Shown: piece by piece, positions 18,641-29,698 of the stretch | Layout: each line of letters starts with the position of its first letter | Numbering within the stretch: position 1 is the first letter of the stretch | Origin: a virus | Taxonomy: Duplodnaviria; Caudoviricetes | Virus record (IMG/VR): IMGVR_UViG_3300014501_000004 | Location: 1-63,590 of that record | Strand: one strand, 5' to 3' | DNA: 63,590 nucleotides | Notes under the pieces: model-generated | Database searches by the model: none | Told to the model about the DNA's origin: nothing | The model's input: the letters and a program-made list of their open reading frames with translations, nothing else | Translations under genes and position numbers: made by a program

Positions 18641-18889
18641 CTATTTAACCCGCGCCCAAAGCGCTTGCTCCCGTTCTCGCATCAACTCGCCAGCGCGGTC
18701 ATAGGACTCGTCGGCTGTAAAACTCTCGCTACCCTCGTTCCAAAGCGTTAGCTTTTTGTTATGGCCTAGCCGCACGCTTGCGCCGTCCCCATAACTCGCA
18801 ACAAGGCAAGCCGCATCTTCATAATGCTTCACGCATCCAATATACTCGCCTTGCGCGTTGTAGACCTTAAGGTGCGGCGATCCGGCCAT
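18641..18889 (-). CDS. Hypothetical early protein
   Basis: GAGGAGG/GGAG RBS; clean ORF. Confidence 0.7.
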   Translation of the reverse strand: MAGSPHLKVYNAQGEYIGCVKHYEDAACLVASYGDGASVRLGHNKKLTLWNEGSESFTADESYDRAGELMREREQALWARVK

Positions 18890-19217
18890 GACTCCAACCT
18901 CCTCTAATTCTCCCCCGCACCATTGCGAGGGGATAGCTTACCCGTTCGGAAACGCTTCCCGCATCGCCTTCTGCGCCGCGCTACACGCTTCTAAATCGCC
19001 TCGGCGCAGCGCATCCACTATAGCGTCACAGTAAGCGCGTCGCGCGTCAAGAATAGCGCGTAACTCCAATACCGTCTTCGGTCGGTGCGCTTTCAACATT
19101 TTCTGCTCCTTATAAATTATTCCGACGCATTTCCGCGTCAACAATCGCACCTTATAAACAAAAACTCTGCAAGTCAACGCCTAATTTCGTACATCGTAAA
19201 GAAAACACGCTAAATCC

Positions 19218-19457
19218 GTCACCATGTGTCACCAGCTTTTCACGCTAACCCCTTGATTTTGCTTGTCACCATACAGTGTCACCATAGGTACCCCCTTTCC
19301 GGCATCAGATGGTATAAAAATATACTAATAATACTAATGCTATTTATTGCTATTATTATACCATCCTACAAAGGAATAGAAAGAATCAATGGTGACATGG
19401 TGCTAGTGACTGCGGCACAAGGCGCACCATAGCGTCACCATAGCGTCACCAGTCACC
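19218..19457. other. Putative replication origin (iterons flanking an AT-rich core)
   Basis: GTCACC(A) at 19218, 19228, 19265, 19278, 19434, 19445, 19452; inverted copy at 19390; AT-rich ~19314-19390. Confidence 0.6.
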
Positions 19458-19832
19458 GGACGCGGTATATCCGCCAGTAGGGCCTTTCATATGCGCCTTG
19501 CACACGTATCCCAAGCCGCTTGTTCGCATACCCGCACGCGCGCCACATCCGCATCGCGTCCCGCTCGTGCACCACAAACGAATCGCCTACTTGCATCTGC
19601 CGGAAAGGGTAACGCGCCGGGCGCCCTCTGGGACGCTCCTGGAGCGCAACGCCTGCCGGCATAGGCCCGTCATGAATCTCATATGGCAAAACACTTCTCC
19701 CTTGCTTGGAACAAGCGAACAACCTAAAATGACCGATAATAAAAACAAATCACAAAAACGTGACCAAAATACCCCTTGCCCCGTTCTGTAAACCGTGCAA
19801 TAAGAGGCAATCGACAAACAAGGGGAAAGCAA

Positions 19833-20279
19833 ATGCCGGAATTTCAGCTTAACGCGGACCGCTACGGCAAGCATCCATATTATCAGCTCTCTGACTTCGC
19901 CAAGGGCTACGTCGAAGCCATGTTCTTTACCAATGGCGACACGGGCGATGAGCGCGAAAATCTGCTCAATGATCTTGGCGTCGAAAAGCTGACGCGCGAA
20001 GCGGTCAAAGACATTGCATCGGTTTGCGACTCGTTTGTCGGCTCGATCATGCCAGATGGTCGATTTTGTCGGCAGTGGTTAGATGAGATCGCCGGGCAAT
20101 GCGCCTATGACGACGCGCGGGCGGGCAACGATTTTTGGTTTACGCGGCAGGGTCATGGCGTTGGATACTGGGACCGCAATGAGTTGTACGACGAACAAAA
20201 GCAGGCACTAAGCGACCTCGCGCACAAGTTCGGTGAAGCGTACCCGGAAGCCTGGCGCGGCTGGATTTACCATCGTTAG
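19833..20279 (+). CDS. Hypothetical early protein
   Basis: RAGNDFWFTRQGHGVGYWDR motif typical of a phage family; AAGGGG RBS. Confidence 0.75.
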   Translation: MPEFQLNADRYGKHPYYQLSDFAKGYVEAMFFTNGDTGDERENLLNDLGVEKLTREAVKDIASVCDSFVGSIMPDGRFCRQWLDEIAGQCAYDDARAGNDFWFTRQGHGVGYWDRNELYDEQKQALSDLAHKFGEAYPEAWRGWIYHR

Positions 20280-20365
20280 GAAGGAGACCAACTCCCTCAG
20301 GCCCGGCTCCGAAAGGATACCGGGCTTGGGGCGGTAGAAGACCCTCAAACCTTGGAGCGACGGAT

Positions 20366-20572
20366 ATGCGTAACACTCTCATGATGTACGTCGACCAGTA
20401 CGGCGATAAGATTTGGGCGCGATCGGTCAAGGAGCTGAAAGCGCAAGCCGGGCCTGGTCGCGTGTTCAAGATTTACTGCGACATGAAGCCCGACGGCAAG
20501 TCGTATCATGTTGGCTATGGTGTTGGCCGGCGTTGGTTCAATGCGTTCCAGCCGCTCAAGGTGCCGGCATGA
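20366..20572 (+). CDS. Hypothetical early protein
   Basis: GGAG RBS after a hairpin. Confidence 0.7.
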   Translation: MRNTLMMYVDQYGDKIWARSVKELKAQAGPGRVFKIYCDMKPDGKSYHVGYGVGRRWFNAFQPLKVPA

Positions 20573-20776
20573 ACCCGGAATATAAAATTCACGTCACGTT
20601 CTTTCGCAACCTTGGTGATGATGCGGACGTGATCGGCAAGAGCAAGCCGACAAATAGCCAGCTCGCGCAGCAATTCCGCAAAGAACTGCAAGAGGCTTAC
20701 AAGCTGTCTGCCATGGCCGGACGCTTCAAAATCGGAATCATTGAAACTTAACCCCCAACTCCGAAAGCCCAATATC

Positions 20777-21301
20777 ATGAACCCGACAATGACGCTGCAA
20801 TCCATCCGCGACAAGTCACCTTGCGCCGACGGTTGGAAAAAACTGCTTGCCTCGCTCGGTTATTCGAACGGCGCATTCGATCCCGCGCGCCTGGTCTCGC
20901 TTGGCGACATCGCCAGATCCAACGACGCGGCCGACGCGCTATGGTGCATTCGCGCGCTAGACTGGAAAGACATCGCGGTTAGGCGCGCGGTCATTGCCGG
21001 CGCGGTTTTGCCGGCGGTCAAGCGCGCGGCGGCGCACACAAAAGACAAACGAGTATTTGAAGCGATCGACATTATCGAACGCTGGTGCGCGGGAGACGTT
21101 AAGGCTGATCTTGATAAGGCGCGCAAGTTAGCTCGTGCCTACGCCGTCGACGCCGTCTACGCCGTCGACGCCGTCTACGCCGTCTACGCCGTCTACGCCG
21201 TCGCCGCCGACGTCGCCGTCTACGCCGCCGACGTCGCCCGCAAGCGCAAAAGGGAACAACAGCGCCTGGATATCATCGCGGCATTTCCTCCAATCAATTA
21301 A
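20777..21301 (+). CDS. Hypothetical protein with Ala-Val-Tyr/Asp repeats
   Basis: SPCADGWKKLL...DALWCIRA N-terminus; start uncertain. Confidence 0.7.
   Translation: MNPTMTLQSIRDKSPCADGWKKLLASLGYSNGAFDPARLVSLGDIARSNDAADALWCIRALDWKDIAVRRAVIAGAVLPAVKRAAAHTKDKRVFEAIDIIERWCAGDVKADLDKARKLARAYAVDAVYAVDAVYAVYAVYAVAADVAVYAADVARKRKREQQRLDIIAAFPPIN
21140..21239 (+). repeat. 9-bp coding tandem repeat GCCGTC(T/G)AC
   Basis: Directly visible; encodes AVD/AVY. Confidence 0.9.
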
Positions 21302-21402
21302 CCCCAACAAAAGAGCACCCAAAGCAAAACAGGACTTGCAATCCGTTCTTTACTATGTACAATAATCCACGCAATCTTGCAGTCCCACACAGGAGCGACG
21401 CA

Positions 21403-21787
21403 AATGAAAATATCTAAAACCGAACGCGAGCGTTGTCTCGCCGAACTTCACAAGATTCTCAAACCTGGCGATACCGTCCACACAATCTTGGATCACGTGA
21501 GCCGGTCCGGCATGTCGCGAGATATTCGCGTTATCGTGATGAAAACCGACGACAAGGGCGAGCCCTACATTCTGCACCCCAATTACCTTGTCTCGCAAGT
21601 TCTAGGCGTGCCGCAGGCCAAGCGTGATGGCCTCAAGATGGGCGGTTGCGGGATGGATATGGGCTTTCAGCTCGTTTATTGCCTCGGTGCCGCGATGTGG
21701 CCCAAAGGCACGGCTAAGCCGCACGGCACGCGCAACGGCGAGCCGGACAGTGATGGTGGTTACGCGCTCAAGCAACGATGGCTGTGA
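21403..21787 (+). CDS. Hypothetical early protein
   Basis: HVSRSGMSRDI...GGCGMDMGF; AGGAG RBS; TTGCAA/TACAAT promoter upstream. Confidence 0.75.
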
Positions 21788-22007
21788 TGGTACGCCTAAC
21801 CCTCTCCGGCCTCCCCTGGATCGCCTACAGCCCGTCCGTGTACGAGCTGCAAGGCTATCCCGTCCGCCTCGCCTACGACGGCGCGGCCTGGTATCTCTCG
21901 ATCGACAACGCCTGGGACGGCGCCCGCCCCTGGCCCTCCCGTGACGCAGCCGCGGCAGCAATCGCCGCCGCATTTTTGGAACATCAGATGCAGGAGCAAG
22001 GTTTGAT

Positions 22008-22346
22008 ATGAGCGACTTCAAACAGGACGACAACGAAACGCCCGTAGTATTCCGCGCCGATCGCGAAGCCGGCGTGCTCTGGATAACAGCGGTATTCCCC
22101 TGCGAACCTGCCGACATCTTTGGCGACAAGTTCACAATCTACCAACACGTCGGGCAGCACGGCGCTGGCGCCGCGCAATGGTATTGGCGCACGCGCGCTG
22201 CCAGGCCCGACGAATATGCGGACCTCAAGCGTGAACTGGAGTCCGCGCCTTACGGTTACCGACTCAAGGTCTACAAGCGCGTGCAGCCCTGGATGCGCGA
22301 CGCCCGGCACGCTGAGGCCAAACGGTTGCGCGAGTGCGCGGCATGA
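22008..22346 (+). CDS. Hypothetical early protein
   Basis: YQHVGQHG...EYADLKRELE..YGY. Confidence 0.7.
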   Translation: MSDFKQDDNETPVVFRADREAGVLWITAVFPCEPADIFGDKFTIYQHVGQHGAGAAQWYWRTRAARPDEYADLKRELESAPYGYRLKVYKRVQPWMRDARHAEAKRLRECAA

Positions 22347-23428
22347 AGCGCAGCGCCAAGGCTTGGCGCGGCATGGCGCTATGGGCCGAACGCAAGGCTG
22401 ACGAGGCCGCAGTATCCAACGAACCTTGGGCGCTGGGCAACCTGCGCACCTATCAGAACTACGCTTCGAAGTGGTGGAGCGAACATTACAAAGCGGCGCG
22501 GGAGGAACCGGAATGCCCGACAACAACAACAAAGAACTAAAACGTCTCACGCGGGCGTTCGCTGCACGACGCGGCAATCAGGAACGCGAGCAGCCGCCGC
22601 TACAATTCAAGGGATATGATTTGACGTTCGATGGGGGATTCCCAATGCCAAAAAAGCGCAGGCGAGTTTTGTATAAATTGCACGTATCGCTATTTTTGGC
22701 TAACTTCAGCAATAAACGCATTTACGATAGTACCGCGCAGAACGCAAATCTCGCAATGTTCGATGCACTGCAGATCGCGGTGAACCTTTGCGCGCAGTTT
22801 CCCATTGTCGAGCGTTTTGAAATTGAGGTAAAATCAAAATGAGCACGAGCTACGGCACTATTAAACTGCGTGACGGCAGTACCCTAGAAGTCGAGGCGTT
22901 TGGCGTATCGGGATGCGTCAAATTATTACCCGATGTTTTCGCAAGTGGCGGGGGGATCGCTATTGACGACCCCGCGCAAATAGACGCGCTTATATCGCTG
23001 TTGGAGATCGCACGCGACCACGTGTGGGAACGGACGTGACCTCCTTCCTCGCCCACCTCTCCCTCGGCCTCGGCCTGGGATGGCTGACCTGGCGGCTGGC
23101 ACCCCGATGGCTGAGTGGGAGGATTCCAAAGCGAAAGCCCTAGCGCGGGAACCAATCCCGTGCTAAGGCGTTTCCCGCACCTACCCCCGGAAACCGAGCA
23201 TGGGCAGCCGATTCGATCCCAGCGACCGCCACAACGACGATATTGTCGCAGCGGTTGATCGCGCGTCCCGTCATATCGCCCAGACCCTCAACGCAGGGTT
23301 TCACCTGCTGGTCGCGGCAGCAAGCCCGCAAACCGACAACTCAGCCGAGATCGAGGCCGCTGCCAAAAAGCTCAACGACCTCACCGCCACGTTAACCAAG
23401 TCCACAACCTGAGAGAAGGAATCCCCCA

Positions 23429-23899
23429 ATGGCCGGCCCCGTCGACCCCGAGACCCAGGCAATCGCCGATCTCAATTCCGCCGTCACCGACATCGGTACC
23501 GCGATCGCCGCTGAAATTACCGCACTGCAAAACGCCATGAACGCGCAAGGCGTCAACAACACCCCGGCGATCGAGGCCAGCGTATCCAATTTGCGCAGCC
23601 TCGTCAGTGCGCTCAAGCAGTCCGCGGGCGCCCCCGTCGTCACCCCGGCCTCGCCCATCGTCAGTTCGATCTCGCCGAGTGCCGGCCCGATCGCAGGCGG
23701 CACCTCGGTCACTGTCACCGGCACGGGCCTCACAGGCGCCACGGGCGTCACCGTTGGTGGAACGCCGGCCACCGCCGTCCTGGCAGGTTCCGACACGTCC
23801 CTGACCTTCACAACCCCGGCAAGCGCCGCCGGACCCGCCTCGGTGATCGTCACGACCCCGAACGGGGCCAGCTCGCCCCAGGTGTTCACCTACTCCTGA
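23429..23899 (+). CDS. IPT/TIG (Ig-like) domain protein
   Basis: PIVSSISPSAGPIAGGTSVTVTGTGLTGATGVTVGG...FTY. Confidence 0.85.
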   Translation: MAGPVDPETQAIADLNSAVTDIGTAIAAEITALQNAMNAQGVNNTPAIEASVSNLRSLVSALKQSAGAPVVTPASPIVSSISPSAGPIAGGTSVTVTGTGLTGATGVTVGGTPATAVLAGSDTSLTFTTPASAAGPASVIVTTPNGASSPQVFTYS

Positions 23900-26103
23900 T
23901 CCACCGCGGAGCGACGGTACCGCCAGATCCTGGTGCCGTCGCTCTCGCGCTTCTGGTAGCGCATAAATTTAAGCTGATGCAGCACGCGGCCGGCCTTGAT
24001 CGTGTCCGACTGCTTCATGGCATCGGGGCGCATCTGGATAAACTGGTTATCGCAAAGCACCTCATGAACCGACACGTCCGTTTTGATTTTGTCGGGCATG
24101 TTGAGATATTTGTGAATCAGCTCGTGCCAGCCTTCGGTTTGCATCCTCTTTTCCTGTTCCTCGGCAGCTGCTTTCCACAAGCGTTCAGGCAGGAAGTGCG
24201 ACACGCCGCTGGTCTCCAGCCACGACGCCTCGGCCCATAACTGGTCTCGGTCCCGCCGCAGGCTGCCCAGGTCGATGCTGCGCACGCTCACGGGCCAGAA
24301 CCGCCGGTTGCCGGTATCGTCCTGCAGATATTCGCCCTGATTGGTCGAGCCGAAGAAAATGGTGCGACGCGGCTGGCTGATGCTGTAGCGGCCGTAGGCG
24401 GGTCTCGCGCGGTCCGATTTGCGTGAGGCGAACGACTTGACGTGTTCCAGATCGGCCTTGCGCATTCCATTCAATTCGCCGATTTCGTACAGCCACACGC
24501 CTTCGGTCAATTCCTGCTGCTTGCGGTCGTCGACGCCCAGGATCGACTGGTCGCTGAAGTTCTCAGTGCCGGCCAGTATCTCGATCGCCTCGGACTTGCC
24601 TAGTCCCTGCTTGCCTTCGAGCACGATGATCTGGTCGAACTTGGTTCCGGGGTTGCGCGCCCGTCTCACCGCGGCCACCAGCGTCAGTCGGCCGATCGCC
24701 GAGTTCAGCTCGTTGTCGTCGGCGCCGAGATAGGCCGCAAGCCAGCGGTCGAGCCGCGGCACGCCGTCCCATCTCACGCTGTCCAGATAGTCGAGCACCG
24801 GATCGAACCGCCGCGCGAGACATAAAATTTCACAGGCATCGCTGACGTTCTGCTTGTTCGGATCGAACCCCCAGCGGTATCGGATGACGTCGCGGATGAT
24901 GGATACCACATGGTCCGACAGCTCCGCCGAGTTCCATTTGTTGATCAGCTCGCCCCCGACCAGCATCCGGTTATGGAACAAATCGTACCGGCATTGCAGG
25001 CCGAGCGCGCCGATGGCGACCTTGGCGTTGGTCATGGTCGAGCGGATCTTGCCCTCCTCGGTCATATCCGGAAAAAATATGGCCTGCGACGGGGCGGTAA
25101 AGGCCGCTGGGAGCGCGGGCTCGGCGTGATGGCCGTTGAGGGTGGGCTGCGGCCTCGGCGTTGCCGGCGGGCTTGCCAGAGGCGGTACGCCGCCATTCCA
25201 GCCCGCTTGTCGGGCGAGGTGATAGATCGTCCCCGCGGTCACGCCCGAGCGTCTGAACGAGTGCCATTTTTCTTCGAGCACGGCGAGCGCATATTTATCC
25301 GGGCATAATTGCGACCACTCATCCCAGAGCTGGAACCCGAGGTCGGTGCCGTCGCCACGCTCCCAGCCTAAGTCTTTCAGCGCCATGCCGACCTGGAACC
25401 AGGTCTCATACTGATTCGCCGGGATGGCCTGCAAGGCGCTGGTTAGCCGGGCTTGCTCGGATGCGGACCAAACCGTTTTTAGAGCTTCCGACGCTATCTC
25501 GCTGACGTTGTTGGACGATCCTCGAAGATATGCAGGCACAGGACCGAGATGAGCAAAACTTTCGATCCTATTTTTATTCGCATTGTCATCAGCTTGCACC
25601 AAACTGTTAAGAAGCCATAGAGGTAAATCGGCAATTGGTAATGGACTCAGCCACTTGTACGTAAACTTTGACCTAGCATTCACACTCGGCGGCAGCACGG
25701 TCCAGCCGCCATGTGCCTTGATGTCAATCCCGTCGTCGCCCGACTTTTGCCGCGGCTCGTTGTGGGTCCGGATGTGGCTTCCAGCCGGCGCCCGGAAATA
25801 AAAATGAAGCCCTCTGGCCGTTTGCGCGACCGCGGTGCGCGGGGCGCCGCCGTGCGCGGCCATGATGCCTTGCAGCCGCGCCAGCGCGCTCGGGCCGTCG
25901 GCGTCGATCACCACGATATCGCCCAGCGCTACGGCGAGGTTGGCTGTGGGTCGCTCGGTCCACCACGCCTCGATCGTCGCTGGGTCCGCGGTGGCGTCCA
26001 GGTGGCCGTGAGAGCCCTTCAGCGGCGTCTTGTAGCCGGTGATCCGGAAGACAGGCCAGCCGAGCTTCGCGTAGGCCAAGGCCCAGACCTTCATGTTCGA
26101 CAT
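23890..26103 (-). CDS. Bifunctional primase-polymerase / PriCT-2 / VapE-like helicase
   Basis: LGWPVF, VVIDAD, GLHFYF, VLPPS; WFQVGMAL..WDEWS; LEGKQGLGKS, GNRRFWP. Confidence 0.9.
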   Translation of the reverse strand: MSNMKVWALAYAKLGWPVFRITGYKTPLKGSHGHLDATADPATIEAWWTERPTANLAVALGDIVVIDADGPSALARLQGIMAAHGGAPRTAVAQTARGLHFYFRAPAGSHIRTHNEPRQKSGDDGIDIKAHGGWTVLPPSVNARSKFTYKWLSPLPIADLPLWLLNSLVQADDNANKNRIESFAHLGPVPAYLRGSSNNVSEIASEALKTVWSASEQARLTSALQAIPANQYETWFQVGMALKDLGWERGDGTDLGFQLWDEWSQLCPDKYALAVLEEKWHSFRRSGVTAGTIYHLARQAGWNGGVPPLASPPATPRPQPTLNGHHAEPALPAAFTAPSQAIFFPDMTEEGKIRSTMTNAKVAIGALGLQCRYDLFHNRMLVGGELINKWNSAELSDHVVSIIRDVIRYRWGFDPNKQNVSDACEILCLARRFDPVLDYLDSVRWDGVPRLDRWLAAYLGADDNELNSAIGRLTLVAAVRRARNPGTKFDQIIVLEGKQGLGKSEAIEILAGTENFSDQSILGVDDRKQQELTEGVWLYEIGELNGMRKADLEHVKSFASRKSDRARPAYGRYSISQPRRTIFFGSTNQGEYLQDDTGNRRFWPVSVRSIDLGSLRRDRDQLWAEASWLETSGVSHFLPERLWKAAAEEQEKRMQTEGWHELIHKYLNMPDKIKTDVSVHEVLCDNQFIQMRPDAMKQSDTIKAGRVLHQLKFMRYQKRESDGTRIWRYRRSAVDQE

Positions 26104-26213
26104 GAGAAGCCCGTGTGCACCGTGTTGAATTGGTTTGGCAAAAGCTGCCCCTTGCAATCTTCCCGGAAGTCGGTAGAGTGGGGCCGTCAATCTTCCCACT
26201 CGGATCAAACTTC

Positions 26214-26246
26214 GCCCTCGGCCTTACACGCCGGGGGTTTTTCTTG
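26214..26246 (+). terminator. Rho-independent terminator
   Basis: GCCCTCGGC/GCCGGGGGT stem followed by TTTTCTT. Confidence 0.6.
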
Positions 26247-26391
26247 TGCTATGGTTGCTCGCAAGGCGCTGGCTCGTCAAGCACAATTTTTCGAACCCCC
26301 TCGCGCAACAATATTTTTTCGCCCGTTCGTAGTTTTTACTATTTACAATCGCAAAAATTAGCGCATATTGGCGGGAACAAGGAGATTGACA

Positions 26392-27291
26392 GTGCGCGAG
26401 AAATTCATCGACCGAAAATTTAGTGTTGCAAGCTCGGCAATCATCGTCACCGCGAACGACATCTTGTCCGAGTACGAAGCCCAGGGTCTCGTGCTCACGC
26501 TGCGCCAGCTTTATTATCAATTCGTCGCCCGCGGCCTCATCCCCAACAAACAGAGTGAGTACAAGCGCCTCGGCTCGATCATCAACGACGCGCGGCTCGC
26601 CGGCTTGATCGACTGGAACATGATGGAAGATCGGACACGCACATTGCGCACCATCTCGTCGTGGGACTCGCCAGCTTCGATCGTTGAGGTTGTCGCCAAG
26701 CAGTATCAAGAAGATCTCTGGGCTTCGCAGGCATACCGGCCGGAGGTGTGGATCGAGAAGGACGCGCTGGTCGGTGTGATCGAGCGCGCGTGCCGCGAAT
26801 TGCGTGTCGAATTCTTTGCTTGCCGTGGTTACTCGTCGCAATCTGCGCAATACGAAGCAGGACATCGTTTTCGGCGGTACATTGAAGCCGGGCAGACGCC
26901 CGTGGTGTTTCACTTCGGCGATCACGATCCCAGCGGTATCGACATGACACGCGATAACGCAGATCGGCTCTCGATGTTTGCAATAGAAGAAGTCGATGTC
27001 CGGCGCCTGGCGCTGACTTTCGAACAGGTCGAGCAATATAGTCCGCCGCCCAATCCTGCGAAGGAGAGCGACAGCCGGCACGAGGCTTATGCTGCGAAGT
27101 ATGGCAACGAGTCCTGGGAGCTAGATGCCTTGGAGCCGACGGTGATCGACAACCTCATCCGAACCAACGTCGAGTCGTTAATCGACCGCAAGAAATGGAA
27201 AGCGGCACAGCGCTCGGAAAAAGAAAATCGTGACAAGCTCGTTCTCGTCAGCAATAAATGGGACGACGTCGCCGAGTTTGTGTCGGAGTAA
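26392..27291 (+). CDS. Toprim-domain (topoisomerase VI A / JetD-like) protein
   Basis: TLRQLYYQ, EVWIEKDAL, RGYSS, GDHDPSG, WELDAL. Confidence 0.8.
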   Translation: MREKFIDRKFSVASSAIIVTANDILSEYEAQGLVLTLRQLYYQFVARGLIPNKQSEYKRLGSIINDARLAGLIDWNMMEDRTRTLRTISSWDSPASIVEVVAKQYQEDLWASQAYRPEVWIEKDALVGVIERACRELRVEFFACRGYSSQSAQYEAGHRFRRYIEAGQTPVVFHFGDHDPSGIDMTRDNADRLSMFAIEEVDVRRLALTFEQVEQYSPPPNPAKESDSRHEAYAAKYGNESWELDALEPTVIDNLIRTNVESLIDRKKWKAAQRSEKENRDKLVLVSNKWDDVAEFVSE

Positions 27292-27668
27292 AAACGCAAT
27301 GATATTTCACTCCGACCCCGAACGCCCGGCCCTTCTCGACATGGCGAAGCTGCGTCTCGACCAATGCTGGCGGCGCAAGGAGATCGGCGATACGACCTAT
27401 GTTCGCAGCCTGTTTTGTCTCGACGGCCGACGCTATACCGCCGACGTCGCAACCTCGGAACTGAACCTTCTCAAGATGGAGCGCCGACAATGAACTGGAT
27501 TTGCATCGGAATTCTGGCCGGCTCGCTGATCACCAGCCTGCACGACAACAGGGAAGCCTGCGAGGGACGAGCGGTGACGCTGCGCGAAGCCAAGGCTGTC
27601 GTGAAGTGCGTCGAGATGCCAAGCGCGACTATTAGCTTCAGCACTACTTGCTGCGCGCTAGGTCGGTA

Positions 27669-27914
27669 ATGGGCCGTAACCGGACCGACTCGACCCCTCA
27701 AGGCAAGCGCGCCAAGGCCTGGCGCGAGCGGGTCAAGCTGTCCCCGCAGGATCTGGCCGACGCCACCGGGTACAGCCTGGAAGCCGTGTACCAGTACGAG
27801 CGAGGCATCCGGGCCGACGGGAGCAAGTTGAGCGACTGGGCATGGCAGCGCTACCAGATGGCCTGCGCTGCGGTCGATCATCAGAAGCGGAGCGGGAGGG
27901 AGTTCGCGTGGTGA
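27669..27914 (+). CDS. XRE-family HTH protein
   Basis: LSPQDLADATGYSLEAVYQYERG. Confidence 0.8.
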   Translation: MGRNRTDSTPQGKRAKAWRERVKLSPQDLADATGYSLEAVYQYERGIRADGSKLSDWAWQRYQMACAAVDHQKRSGREFAW

Positions 27915-28197
27915 AAATCTGCGAATGCTGTGGGCATCCGGTGCCGGAGTACGACGCGCTGTCCGGCATGACGCGCGGGCAACAGGCGATCTTCGAGGCC
28001 GTGGAAAAAGCCGGGACAGCCGGTATTCGTCGTACTGCCTTGATGAACGCGATATACAGTCACGATCCCAACGGTGGTCCCGAGTACATGGGTGTGCTCA
28101 ATGTCCAGCGCGCCAAAATGAAACCCGTTTTGGAAAAGCACGGGCTTAAAATCGTGACAGTCAATTCGGGCGGCACACGCTGGAGACTGGAAAAACT

Positions 28198-28614
28198 ATG
28201 AACATCACCCCCGACGAAACAACCGTCCTGCTGATTGCCGCCAAGGGCGAGCCGATGATGCCGATAGGCCGATGGGCGGAGCCGACCAAGGCGTTGATCG
28301 CCAAGGGCCTGCTGGTCGCTCGCGGCCATCCCGGCGATCCCACCGGCCATTTCAACAACTACATCACGCCCGCCGGCATGGCTGCTGCCGAAGACCTCGA
28401 CAAGCAGGAAGATCAGGCGCTGGCCGACGTCATCAATCTGTCCCGCGGGGTCACTCACGCCCAGAACAAGGCAGCGGCCAGCGCCGAGCAGATCGCCGTG
28501 CAGCTGGTCGACCTCGCCGAGCTGTCGTCCAAAACGATCGGCGATGCCAAGATCGAGGCGCTGCGCAACTGGGCGCGAGTGATTCTTGAACGGGCGCTGG
28601 AGATGATGAAGTGA
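28198..28614 (+). CDS. Hypothetical protein
   Basis: Overlapping ORF in the operon. Confidence 0.65.
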   Translation: MNITPDETTVLLIAAKGEPMMPIGRWAEPTKALIAKGLLVARGHPGDPTGHFNNYITPAGMAAAEDLDKQEDQALADVINLSRGVTHAQNKAAASAEQIAVQLVDLAELSSKTIGDAKIEALRNWARVILERALEMMK

Positions 28615-29698
28615 GCGACATTGACAATCCAGCGGATGATCGCATCGAGCCTGTATATCGTTGCATGCCGTTCTGGGACCGAGGATTCGAAGTAGCGAAG
28701 CGTTGGTACCACGAGGAATGGGACGGTTCGTATATTCAGCTCACCCTAGCGCGCGATATCGCGCAAGCTATCGAAGTCGAAGTCGAACGAGCGCTGACAA
28801 AATGATCGACCCGGACGCCCAGTTCTTTATCCAGCATCCGGACCGTCAGGTCCGCATCCGCCTGCCGGTTAAGACCGCGCATCGTGACCAGCAACGCGCC
28901 GTGCGTTATCTGAACGAGTGCGAGATCGAATTCCGTCACCTCGGCGGCCACGATCCCAGGCGCCGCCGGATCATCGCCGTTCGGCTGCCCGCCGACCACG
29001 CCACGCATCCCAACACGATCATGAAAATTCCATTCCTGGCGTTCGCCGACGAGACGATCGAGGACAGGGACGACGTGCTGTTGCCGTTGTTGCAGGCGAT
29101 CATGGTGCAGGAGGCGCAGTCATGAAAAAAGTATATTATGTTGATCCGAGAGGCGTTAAGCGCTTTACTGTGCCCCTTGGATGCAATGAAGGCACTCACA
29201 AAATAACCGCGACGCAAAAAGAAAGAGGAGCTTGCAACAAAGCATGGTCAAGCGTTTCTGAAACACATAATGGAACGCACCGCTGTTGCTTACCTCCCGG
29301 CCACGAAGAACGATGTCGATGTATTTGTGGATGGCCAACTCATTTCGTTACGAGATATTTTTAATGATTGCTTCGAAAGAATTCGACCCGCGCAAGCAAC
29401 GGCTGAGCTACAAATCGGGAAGCCCGAAGCCATACACGCTTCGCAAGTTGACTGAATTGCAGTTGGCGGTACTTGCTTGCGCTCGTGACGATTTGATTCG
29501 AGGGCCGTTTACAAAGTATGCGGCCGGACAGTCGTTCCAGGTTTTTACGGTTTTTAATCGGTTCGATGTCACGGGGCAAATAAAGTCGTTACGCAAGCGC
29601 AAGCTGATAAGATATCCGACGCGAGACCAGCGGCACGACGCTCATTTTCCGCTGACCGAATGGGGTCTCGCCGAACTCGCACAACATCCGGAGTTCTG

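Noticed and set aside
21128-21365. TPS-repeat and GVD-repeat ORFs, or a CRISPR-like array
   Set aside because: Alternative frames of the 9-bp coding repeat; no spacers are present.
26392-27291. Wadjet defence system
   Set aside because: Only a lone Toprim protein; no SMC/kleisin genes.
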